From positions 1 through 13,000 of the forward strand of contig JAKMXF010000150.1 in assembly GCA_024704765.1 (NCBI GenBank): a DNA stretch of 13,000 bases, given 5' to 3'. The stretch is from Oopsacas minuta (taxonomy: Eukaryota > Animalia > Porifera). A model generated the notes under the pieces. That model was not told where the DNA came from. It did not search any database and saw only the letters and a program-made list of their open reading frames with translations. Below, piece after piece: positions 1 to 9,934 of this stretch; within the stretch, counting starts at the first letter, position 1, and every line of letters begins with the position of its first letter. The position numbers and the translations under genes are program-made.

Positions 1-57
1 GATAACTTGGCGTATTAGGGAGAAACTGACTAAATAATCGGAATCAGCAACACAGAA

Positions 58-1132
58 TTAGTATATATCAGTTGACAAAATCGATACAACTAAAAAGTGC
101 AGACCTGTGTTATTCACTACTTCTCTTCTCCCCCATAAATAATACTCACCAAGGTTTAGATCTGGATTTGCAGGAGGCCAATCGATAAGGCATAAAATGC
201 CTGGTAAATTCGTTGACAACCAATCTTGTGAAACTTTCGCTCTGTCTGCTGGTGCACCATCCTGTTGGAATACCCATTGCGTGTTTTTCATGAAGGTTGA
301 ACTGATAGGAAGAACATTTCTTCATGTACAAATCGGCATTAATTTTTAATCCATTTGGTATGAATACTAAGGGGTTTTTCCCTTTGCTTAGATTCCTGCC
401 CAAACCATAATGCCTTTAGGGTGTTGTGTTTACTGGACAGTCCGAAATTTCCCTGGGATTTCCTTTCCTGTAAGGGAAAAGCACACGAATGTTTGGAGTA
501 GTACTTTTCTTCTATACAGAATTTTCTTTCTTCTGAAAAGCCATTGATTCACAGTTAACATTTCTGAGCCAGGCCTGCAGTTTTTGGCATCTTTGTATCC
601 TCTTTGAAATAGTTTGGGGATTAAGAGACTCTACTCCTGTTTCGTTTGAAACATTTTATGCCTAAATTCTTATGAATTATTCGCCCCTAACAGATTCTCT
701 GTCAACCCTGACATTTGCGGCGACCTTTCCGGGTGTACATTGTCGACCGACGGTTCAAAATCTGCCGAATCGTTCCCTTGTTAGCAGGCGTCCTGACCGT
801 GGTGGTCGCCTTGATCGTTGAAGATCTGCGATCTTTCCCTTCTCGTTATAGCGTTTAATTGTTCGAGGCATGAAAGATCGTGTGTATTTGGTTGAACCAA
901 GTGTTCTTAGTATCTGGCTTTGATTTTACCATTGAGAAATTATTGAATAACAGCCGAGCGCTTATGTTGAAATTCTGTTACTCCAGACACAACGATACTG
1001 AATGATTAAATACGGTAGAAGGTATAATATAAGTGTGTTAATTGGATGTACATAGTAGAACTAAGATTTGAATGGGGGTTTACTATTAAATAATAGGACT
1101 GAATTTTGTTGCAGAACTTTTGTATCACCTTG
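58..1132 (-). mobile_element. Decayed maT-like (DD37) Tc1/mariner element; 5' end intact, 3' end degraded or outside the window
   Basis: Minus-strand pieces in the expected order: EFQHKRSAVIQ*FLNGK (start region about 978), RTIKRYNEKGKIADLQRSRRP (HTH/GRPR region), FSEERKF (first catalytic region, degenerate), SKGKNPLVFIPNGLKINA, and FQQDGAPADRA...WPPANPDLNLGEYYLWG, with 37 residues between the second D and the third acidic residue. Several frameshifts and stops. The terminus reads CAAGGTGATACAAAAGTTCTGCAACAAAATTC on the minus strand, ends at 1132, and is flanked by TA (1133-1134). Confidence 0.88.
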
Positions 1133-1134
1133 TA

Positions 1135-1491
1135 TAAGTAATTGAACATTGTTTTCAAGTTTATGGATATTTGAAAGTTCCTTCAAGTCTGGTATATGTA
1201 TTCTGAACAATATTTCAAGATGTTATACTGCAAGGTCTCAACACATTTTGTTGGGTTGCGGTTTACATATTCTGGAAGTTTTAAATAGTGATATATGTTT
1301 TTACAATTCAGTTATTGAAAATCTTCATACATTTTAAGAATATAATCATAAGAGACCATACTATAATTTTATGGCATAAGCACAGTGTTTAGCACAATTT
1401 CGTCACCCAGAATTGAGGCTACATATTTAGTATACACCAAGCCAACAAAAATATTTGCCCAAAAAGAATTTAGGTATTTGGTCGCAAAATA
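1135..1491 (-). pseudogene. Unidentified degraded reading frame between two transposons
   Basis: One minus-strand frame runs 119 codons with only two stops: YFATKYLNSFWANIFVGLVYTKYVASILGDEIVLNTVLMP*NYSMVSYDYILKMYEDFQ*LNCKNIYHYLKLPEYVNRNPTKCVETLQYNILKYCSEYIPDLKELSNIHKLENNVQLL. No family recognised. Confidence 0.35.
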
Positions 1492-2811
1492 CACTAAGGC
1501 TGATCAGCTAGTTGGATAAAACAAAGACTTAGCTACTAACAGGGTTTAGGATACAAACTTTGAGAATTATTCTCAGTATTTTAATGCATTGCCTATTGCC
1601 GTTCGGAGTTTTTCATTCTTCTCAGCAATCTTTCGCTTAGCCCTTTCACTAACTCGAGGGGTAGTTGTTCCCATTCCTGGGATATTGCTTCTCTCAATTC
1701 TGTCAAAGAATTCGGTTGGTTTCTCTGCTCTCTCGCCCATTTTAATAGAATTTGCCACGGGTTTTCCAATAGGTTGAGATCGGGTGATTGGGGCGGCCAA
1801 TCTACGACTTCATCTTCATTTTCCCAAACTACTTGGCGACAATGTTCGCTCGCTGACACGGCGCGTTCTCCTGCATAAACGTGCAGTTTGGACATCTTCA
1901 TTGAAATTTCTTTCAGAATTTGCGATTCATCCGCTCTAAAATTTGGGAAATATACATGTTAGCATCCAAATTGCAGTTTACCTCAACATGTGGTCCTATT
2001 TTACCAAATCAGATACATCGCCCAAACACATTAGACTCCCACCCCCTCCGCTAACAGTTTTAATAGTCCATCCTGGTAAATATCGTTCGTTATTTTCCAC
2101 CATACTTTGATTCTTCCCTCAGAGTTCATTAAGTTGAACTTGGATTCGTCTGAAAATTTATATCCACTCCATTTATTAACTCCTCAATCTTTATCCATTA
2201 TATAATAAACTAACCTTTTCTGTTATTTCTGGGTGAAACCAATGGTTTTCTACAAGGTCTCCGAGCCCAATAACCCAATTCGTGCATCCTCTTGCTAACT
2301 GTTTTAGTTGACACCATGCTTGGTTTACTCTCATTGAATAACTCGGTCAGTGTTCGGAGATTCCCTCTTCGATTATGCTTCAAGATTATGTTTAGATGTC
2401 TGGTAGCCTTGGTTTCATCTTTGGGACGTCCAGTCCTTTGAGAATTTTTCGTTAAGCCTGTCATTCTCCATTTTCTTACTATGTAGAACACAGTAGAGGG
2501 GGGAATATGTATAGTCTGGCAATATACCTAATGCCAAATCCACCTTTTGAGAGTCCAATTACTTGATTGCCGGAGATTATCAGCAATTTCTTTGGACCTG
2601 GTCATAGTAATAGGTCTCTAATGTAATAAATTAATTTATGGGAGGTATAAAGTAAATAGTCATATCCAAGCCATAATTAGTAGTGATGAAAGTATAAACA
2701 GTTTGCTACAAACAGAGATGGTTGAACATAAATTAATTGAATACATAAGCCACTGAAGTATATAATATGTAATAATAAAGTGATTGTGCAAGTACTTTTG
2801 TCCGCTTAGTG
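1492..2811 (-). mobile_element. Tc1-family (DD34E) transposon, about 1.32 kb, non-functional
   Basis: TA at both ends (1490-1491 and 2812-2813). Both termini begin CACTAAG. The right terminus reads CACTAAGCGGACAAAAGTACTTGC on the minus strand; the left copy is degenerate after 7 bp. The element encloses a transposase pseudogene. Confidence 0.85.
1573..2605 (-). pseudogene. Tc1 transposase pseudogene
   Basis: ATG at 2605 (MTRSKEIADNLR), then HIPPSTVFYIVRKW..RTGRP, GYWARRPCRKPLVSPRN, FSDESKFNLMNSEGRIKVW, FMQENAPC (catalytic D changed to E), DWPPQSPDLNLLENPW, and the frameshifted C-terminus KLRTAIGNALKY* ending at 1573. Many frameshifts and stops. Confidence 0.92.
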
Positions 2812-2856
2812 TATATATCATTGTTCATGGTTATGCCTCTTTATCGTAGTAGCGCC

Positions 2857-3323
2857 CAGTACCGGAATTAGGAGTGTTGGGAGTGTACGGCCAAACAGGG
2901 TCCCCACAAATCAACGTCATTAATTTATACACAATGTAATTCGACTTTGATCAATATAAATCTTATACTAGAAACCTTGGATTTTCCTGACCGTATTAAT
3001 GATTCTGCATCAAGAAAAGCACACAGAGTGATCTTATGGAGGAATTATAAATATTGTATGTTCATGACATATTATGTGCAACTAAAGAATCAGAGGTCAT
3101 GACAAGTCCTGCGATGCGACCACTGAGTGAAATAGGACTTGGGTTAGGGCGGTACTACTTATAGGGTTGAATTTTACATATACAAGGTTTGAATACAATA
3201 AACACAAAAATTCAAAATTGAGGAATGGGGACAGGTGGGGGAACGGTGACGGATTTGAAATTAGTTCAGGGCGCACGGGAATCGCAATTGAACAGGCCCA
3301 CACAGACCTAAATCCGGCACGTG
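2857..3323. mobile_element. Non-autonomous hAT-like element (MITE), about 465 bp
   Basis: Imperfect inverted termini: CAGTACCGGAATTAGG at 2857 and CCTAAATCCGGCAC(GTG) at about 3307-3323, with GC-rich subterminal AACAGG..CCC motifs. Candidate 8-bp target duplication GTAGCGCC (2849-2856) versus GTGACGCC (3321-3328) matches at 6 of 8 positions. No coding content recognised. Confidence 0.62.
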
Positions 3324-3400
3324 ACGCCAAAGTATACTTTATGTTATTCAAATGCTTGTCCTTGATTTTATCATTGTACACACTTGCCACGAGTTTCAAT

Positions 3401-5290
3401 ATGAGGCCTGAAACGGAAAGATATTGAGATTTCTTACGCTGAGCGGAAGCACCACGTCAGGTAGTCTGAAACGATGAGCGCAATCTCCACCTACAGCAAA
3501 TGTGTGATCGCAGATTGTTGGGAGTTCGAGTTTAGACCCCAAAATCAAAATGGAAGCGTCTACAAGAGCAACGAGAGAGTAATAAATTGCCTTTGAAAAA
3601 AGAGACAAACAATTACCCGGCAAGATCTCAGTTGACAACTGAAACTACTAGGAAGAGGTTTGCATGATGCCTCGATATGAGCGAATGTCAGGATACTCTG
3701 CTATCTATGGTAACGAGTGACCGTGCTGTCTCATTTCAGGAAAATTGGTAACGTGAGGCCTCTTTGGAAGGCATCTTTGACGATGAAACAGGTCCTTGGA
3801 AGAAATGTTCACCGAGATTAGGTATATTCTTATAAGCGTAAATATCGAATATCCAATTATTTGCCACATCACAAATTTCCTATGATGTTCCAGATAGTTA
3901 TATGAATGAACATTCATGTGGTACCGTTAGTTTAAGCTGCTCTGTTTGTCTGGCTAATTTGGAGAGGAAGCAGCCAGCAGGGACAGTGTTGTACGTGTTC
4001 GTGTTCAGGTGGTCTGACCAGGATTACTGAAACATATGCATATTCAAATATTTGCCATATTTCCAGGATTTACAATTATATATATTGTGGTGTGCAGGTA
4101 CTTGTTTTCGATTAGTGTACCGCAGCGACTGAATTTTATCATTCACAATCAATAGAAGATCCGAGCTGATCTTTACAGTGGTTTGTTTGATGCCGTTGCT
4201 GTGGGTGGCCCAGTCTCTTGAGACCGAAGATGCGGAGTTATACTCCCTTCCTTCCATACTGGTAGCCCTCGACAAATGTTAGATTTCACCTTGTCAACGT
4301 GACGGGAGGTGCTCTAGTAAAATTCCGAAACTATATTGACCAGTTATTAAAACTACTGAGATGCAAACATATATATCGTCGTCGTCGTGAAACCGGCCGC
4401 TGCCGTACTGTTAATCTTGGCTGGGCAAGGCTTGACAATAGGTGGGTAGTGCCATGCAATCTTTTCCTATTGCTTAAGTATAATGCTCATATTAACGTCG
4501 AGATTTGCTCTACAGTGAGTGCAGTCAGTATCTATATAAATATATCTGTAAGGTCATGATAGAGCTATTGTGCAATTCCAGTCAAGTGGCGAGGATGTAG
4601 ATGCTGTTCCACCTAAATCAGTGGATGAAGTTTCCAAGTATTTATAGGGTAGGCTGCCGTGGGCGTTATTATATCTTTTGGTATCAGCTCCATGCTAATA
4701 TGCCATATGTGTTAGCTCTAGATATCAAGGATCGCTAAGCAGTGTATTTCTCTGAATAGGATGGTCTTGAGGATGTATTGATTAGAAAACATAACACGAC
4801 ACTGACAGGATGGTACATACAAGTGGAAGTCTTACCTGTGCGAAGAATGTAACCTATTCGAATTCCCCTGATAAATTTTTTGTGGCAAGCCTACCACGTT
4901 GGAGAATAGAGTGAAAGGACATGGTACCAGGATTGGGCGCATATATGTTACACATCCTGGTGAAGGTGAGGCCTCTTTAGCGGAAGATTTCAGTGTGTTA
5001 TTGGATATCTTGCAGTGCCTGCAACAACAAGAGAAGTCGTTATCGGATTTTCCAGGTATGCCCGTAACTAAGAAATTCCTAACCTCTACGAAGAACCCGA
5101 GTAATCGGGATGAGCTTGATCTTTGTCTTTGTGTTCAGTTGGACGATGAGCTTCACAATGTTTATCTCCTTAATGCGGAATAAATGAGAATCTTTGAAAC
5201 GGTTATAAAATGTATAGATAATCATGAAGTTTGCACTAGGGTGTTCTAATTGATGGGGCCTGGAGGTAGCTGTAAAAGGTTACTTTACAA
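3401..5290 (+). mobile_element. Helitron Rep/helicase remnant with internal deletions
   Basis: Ordered + strand motifs: a charged R/E/Q-rich N-terminal region (KRLQEQRE), a Cys cluster (HSCG..CSVC) near 3910-3990, RLNFI..NQ*KIRADLYSGLFDAV, VILPSFHTGSPRQM (about 4225-4277), YRRR, LDNRWVVPCNLFLLLKYNAHINVEIC, frameshifted YLYKYICKGHDRA (Y2 motif), IGRIYVTHPGEGE, LLNAE*MRIF, and DGPGGSCKRLLYN (degenerate PIF1-type Walker A) ending at 5290. The 5' boundary is approximate. Confidence 0.92.
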
Positions 5291-5420
5291 CAGTGTTTCT
5301 CAAACTTTTTTCGGACAGCGCCCCTTGTCAACAATATTCCCTCGATACCGCCCCCCTCCAGAAAGTCTAAATCTTTTTACTACACTCGTATTTGTTAATG
5401 ATAATAAGTAATAATTATCA
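5291..5420 (+). mobile_element. Left terminus of a Charlie/Buster-type hAT element inserted into the Helitron
   Basis: Starts CAGTGTTTCTCAAACTTTTTT..GCGCCCC, a Charlie/Buster-like end. The preceding 8 bp, CTTTACAA, fit the nnnTAnnn Buster target consensus. The sequence stops at the N at 5421. Confidence 0.75.
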
Positions 5421-5421
5421 N
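5421..5421. other. Ambiguous base, probable assembly join
   Basis: Single N separating two different transposon ends. Confidence 0.65.
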
Positions 5422-5551
5422 TAAGCCCTTGCAGCAGCCCCTAAGATTGAAATAGTGAGGTCGTGGGCCCCACAATAGGTGCGACAATCGGGGTCTCAGC
5501 TGCGCTAGCCGGGGCCTGGACCCGGCTGGCCCCCCCTTGGTTACGCCACTG
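5422..5551. mobile_element. Terminus of a second, different hAT element
   Basis: GC-rich segment ending CCCCCCTTGGTTACGCCACTG at 5551 (reverse complement CAGTGGCGTAACCAAGGGGGG), a common hAT terminal pattern. It is not the inverse of the 5291 end, and it is followed by GGTTAGGC rather than CTTTACAA. Confidence 0.72.
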
Positions 5552-5693
5552 GGTTAGGCTAATCTGATTCAACCATCAATTGAAGTTTATCTGTTGATGA
5601 AGAATAATGAAAAATAGGTAGTGTAGGAAGGACACTATCCTGGTATGGAATTACTATTCGCATATAGTAGTGATTTTTGATGATATATATTCA

Positions 5694-5837
5694 CCCCACT
5701 TAGGTACCCCGCTTTGGGAAATACCCCACTTTGGATATCCCACTTTGGGAACAAAAATGTAAATTTTGTATACAATATTATTCAAAATTTCAGTAGGCGC
5801 ACTCCACACCCCACTTCTGACAAAAACCCCACTTTGG
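5694..5837. repeat. Cluster of six direct CCCCACTTTGG-like motifs
   Basis: Copies at 5694 (ccccacttagg), 5707 (ccccgctttgg), 5724 (ccccactttgg), 5738 (tcccactttgg), 5809 (ccccacttctg) and 5827 (ccccactttgg). All are in the same orientation, with start-to-start spacings of 13, 17, 14, 71 and 18. Confidence 0.85.
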
Positions 5838-7111
5838 GAGGTTCTATTGTACGTTGGATAGATCAAGATATTCAATAGCTAGAGAGAATTGATCAAAAGC
5901 ATTAAATAGATAATCGATAGGACAATTAGGATATACAATGCATTTCTTGTAATCAAGTAGGGTTTGGCTGCTATAAACTGAGGATGGGAACTTTTTGAAT
6001 GCTCCAAGTATAATAAGTCTAATCAAATATATTCTCATAGCGAAATTGAGTTTAATATCATGCAAAAGGGTTAGAGTTAAAAGGAAACCCAAAACTGATG
6101 GTTAATGAACTAAAGGGAAACTACCACGAAATGTTCATGAGTAGTGATCAATTGTAATGGAGATTCAAGAGCTCTATTAATAGATTTCTAATTTATTCGA
6201 ATTGTATACCCTACGAAGACAAATCCTTCGGGCTTTTTTCTAGTTTAGTACAGGGATAGACCTTCAGACAGATTGATCAACGAAGAAACGTAGCTAGGGT
6301 AGTAGGGTTGCACTGGTTGACTGAGAATTCAATATTCCTGTGATGTTAGTAAAATGCTAACGCAAAAATCAGGAATAAACGAAAGTGATCTGGAAATTTT
6401 AGATAAAAGTAGACAACACAATTATTAATTCAAAATCTGTAAATAAATACACGTAGATGGAATGAAAATAAACACAGAAAAAGATGTTTGAATTTGCACA
6501 ACTTTTGTGATTACAAGCCTGCCAAAGTTTCCAAACATAAAATTCGGACAAATAGATCTCAGCTGTCTTTTGAATATCTTCCATGAAATATTTTAAATAG
6601 ATTCACGACTATGTCTCTTAAAGACATGTATACTGCTTTAGAAACCAAAATGTTTTATTATTTATTCGAGCAATATTAACTGAAAACCAATACTAATGTC
6701 TCTCAAAAGGAAATTGGTAAAATGTAGAATAATCGAAATAAATATATACTGCGAGACACGATAATCTCTACTCCATGGAATGAAATAAATTTCATTTGAA
6801 TCTGACAACTAAAATCAGTTATATGTGTGGTCGAAGAGCTCTGGTCGAATACTAAGCTAACTTCACACTAGTGATAGTTACTTATTCTTCAGATGAACGC
6901 ATAATTCTTCAATATTGAAAATTTCCCCCCACATTTTGTAAATATTGGCCAAATTTACAAACAAGAAAATTTCGGCTCACTTAGCTCTCATCAAAAGATA
7001 TCATGATATATTTCATAATCTCAAGTATATACAGTCTTTAATCTACGGGCTTTGAGCAATATACAACGCTAGGTAGTAGGAAGTATTATGAGCAAGCCAA
7101 CATATAATTAG

Positions 7112-9409
7112 AATATGAAACGTTTGGCCAAGTGGAATAAAAATTATACAAAGGTAGCTAATTTATTACAAAATTGCCCTATGCAAATGTTAAGAACATA
7201 TTCAGATACACAATGAAACATGGAAAAGAATGACAAAAAATTATCTAAATTAGTGAAACTTAAAATCTCGCCAGTAAAACTAGTACACATCAAGGACAAA
7301 TTCATTGAAGAACAAGTTGAAAGTGAGAGTAGAGAAAAAATTCAAAAATATGTGTATGGTAAAAGAAAGCGGGAAAAGAAATTTCAGATGCTAAGTAAAG
7401 TAATATTTACATGAGAGCAATTCGTTCAAATCATGAAAACATGTATTCCTAGGTTTCAATCATAGTAAAATTCATCTTTTGAAACAGTGATACTGCATAT
7501 CTATGTAACCTTGGAATAAGTGTACACAGACTCATTATTAAAAAACATAATGTAACATTTGATCAACATTTGTACTAGGATATTCAATAAAAATTCAGAC
7601 CATATAATTAATAATGACAACGTATCTATACAAGGGGTCAGGAAAGTTCGACACGCAAAGCAAATTTTGGTGTCCAGGAGAAGCTTCAGATAATTATTGC
7701 TGGCAAAACCTAGCTACAGCCTCTGTAATGCCTAATAGTAAATCTTTGTTTGTTAGAAACCAATTCTTGTTCGAGCACTTTTGTAAATACAAGCATGCTT
7801 CGTTTGATCGCTCTAAGCGGCATGATAACACATTGTGTTCGCACGAGTTTTCGTGCCACGATTTGCACTATAATACAACAAATTCAAATTTATGAAATTA
7901 ATTCTAAGACTTTTAATGGTGTGAAACCAGAAAATTATCGAACTTGATGACCAGTGTAAGGTGCCGAGAGCAAGTCTCTACGGTTATCTCAAGATTGCAA
8001 ATATTTGTATGTTATTCATAATAACAACAATAAATTTACAAATAAGAACTTGAAAAAGCAAAATTGGATTTAGCGTAAACATGAAGTAATTGCCACTTTT
8101 ATGGATTTCCGAATAATTACGTTATTAGACACTTATCAGCCAATATACATAGTAAAAGTTTGATAAAATAGTAACAAATACTCCCTCATAGGTCAAATGT
8201 CCCTACATAATGATTCTGATAAAATGCTAACACATCATGACTGTACAAAAATTTCTTCGATTACCAAATGATAAGATTTTCATAATACTCAAGGCACAAA
8301 GTGCCCATATTACTAACCAAAGGGCAGGTAGCATATCAAGTGGAAATGATAACAGGAGCACATTACATGTAATTTGGAGGGACAATGGATTATAACAAAT
8401 CGTCATTTTTTCCATTCGATAGCAAGTATTGCTGAGTATATCATACTCAGGGTAAATCTGAGGTCTAAAGCTGTCGTACAGCGACATAGCAATCGAAGCG
8501 CCTTACAGAATAGCAAATAGAATAAGATTTTTGAGCTATTTGGAATTTTTGATCAAATATTTATAAAAGGCTATGGTGGGATCGAATATAAAGATCATGT
8601 CAATAAAAATATTTCAAAGTGTTAGAATAGATTCAGTCTTAATATCAAATAGAATGTATGGCGAAACTTTGATATCATTTACAAAATAATCAAAAAATTG
8701 ATAGTTGGCAAAATTCGTATATTCTTTGCTAGGGAGTAGGACGCCTTTCATATATTTTATAGGTCACAATCTAGTAGATGAGACAATAAACCTTGATGGA
8801 AAAATTACTGGCTTTAGTGAATAAAAATTAACATTGGTGTAGCCAAAGGAGGCAAGTTCACCTGCTATTTATTGTAAACTATCATTTTAGCAATGCATTC
8901 AGCGGTGCTGATAATTTTTATCTACAGATTAGTGGAAAATAACTGGTATTTATCATTAACAGAATATTACCGGGAAAAATGTGGTATTTAAGACATCAAA
9001 AAGGTGCTGTAATCTAGATTTGAGTGTGGGAATTGGAAAAACGAGCGTAAAATTGTAGTGTTCCTTTTCGTTACGAACATCATAATCAGTTAATCATATT
9101 TTTCTCACCTGAGAGTTACTATTCACAGGTTTAGCACTGATTAATCTTATCTCACACATTGAGCGTATACTTCAAAAGCATGATAAAGATCTGTTTGAAT
9201 TGTTGCTCAGGGGTAATCGGGTATGTTGATTCCAAATTTGATATTTTCAAATCCGTATCTAAATCATTTATTATATAATTTATCACATTGTAATACATTA
9301 TGAGCATACTTCGAAATATAATTTGCTTTTAACGACCAAGGATCTAATCTTGGCAAGAAACATGATCCAGAAATATTACACTGGAAGTTGGAATTAACGG
9401 TTGTAGACT
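7112..9409 (+). pseudogene. Degraded multi-exon protein-coding gene, unidentified; may extend over about 5900-9900
   Basis: Phase-compatible GT-AG chain: 7112-7394, 7453-7504, 7579-8006 (MITE removed), 8074-8151, 8192-8368, 8423-8451, 8482-8655. A second chain follows: 8891-8983, 9129-9212, 9341-9409. Introns are 30-145 bp. Isolated in-frame stops lie at 7214, 7488, 8228 and 8564. Splice sites were chosen by eye. Confidence 0.6.
7631..7956. mobile_element. Tc1/mariner-like MITE, 326 bp
   Basis: TA flanks at 7629-7630 and 7957-7958. Imperfect inverted termini: CAAGGGGTCAGGAAAGTTCGA versus CACTGGTCATCAAGTTCGA (reverse complement of the right end). Removing the element plus one TA restores an open exon frame. 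Confidence 0.6.
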
Positions 9410-9934
9410 GTAATACTATTCTTTTCACCTAAACATTGAAAACTTATGTTAACTGAGTAATCATGGAAACGTCATTTAGTTCACTATACATAAGTTCTGA
9501 TGATCAACCTCAAATAACTATCTCTAGAATTTCATTCAATCAGTCGCGGTGTTATTATTGAATCATTCTGAGTTAAGTCTATTATCTACAATTCTACATA
9601 GATGTCCAGGGATCTTGCGACAAATATCGTAAATGTGAGTAGAATAAATGAAACACATCTTACATCTCGTGTCGATATTGCTCCAAAACATAATTTGACC
9701 TATGAAAATGGATAAAAGAGTGACGTGAGAACCTGTAGCAAGGAGGAGCCTAGGTTATAGGGCATCTACGGAAGGCCAACGCAAACAGACTTCAGGTCTT
9801 AGAAAATACTTCAATATTGACGCAAAAATGACCAGGACATGCATATGAATATGGCAGGTATTTTTCATCTCCACGACAAGGCTAAAAAATGCAGGGGAAA
9901 ATATACTAATTGAAAAATAACACGAAATTAGAAC

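Noticed and set aside
4377-4388. (CGT)4 microsatellite
   Set aside because: It encodes the Helitron YRRR motif.
5694-5837. CRISPR-like array
   Set aside because: The repeats are only 11 bp, the spacers are very short and irregular, the context is eukaryotic, and there are no cas genes.
8874-8962. Two 17-nt GT-AG segments (8874-8890, 8946-8962) as ultra-short introns
   Set aside because: The second lies inside an already open frame. The first is equally well explained by a 1-nt deletion or a longer intron.
9129-9409. Faint resemblance of HIERILQKHD...PEILHW to dynein heavy-chain N-terminal or bridge-like lipid-transfer proteins
   Set aside because: Only a few scattered residues match from memory; a profile search is needed.
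7112-9860. Alternative genetic code explaining the stops in the + strand exons
   Set aside because: TAA, TAG and TGA all occur as interruptions, while the thiolase exon has no in-frame stop in about 250 codons. Decay is the simpler explanation.
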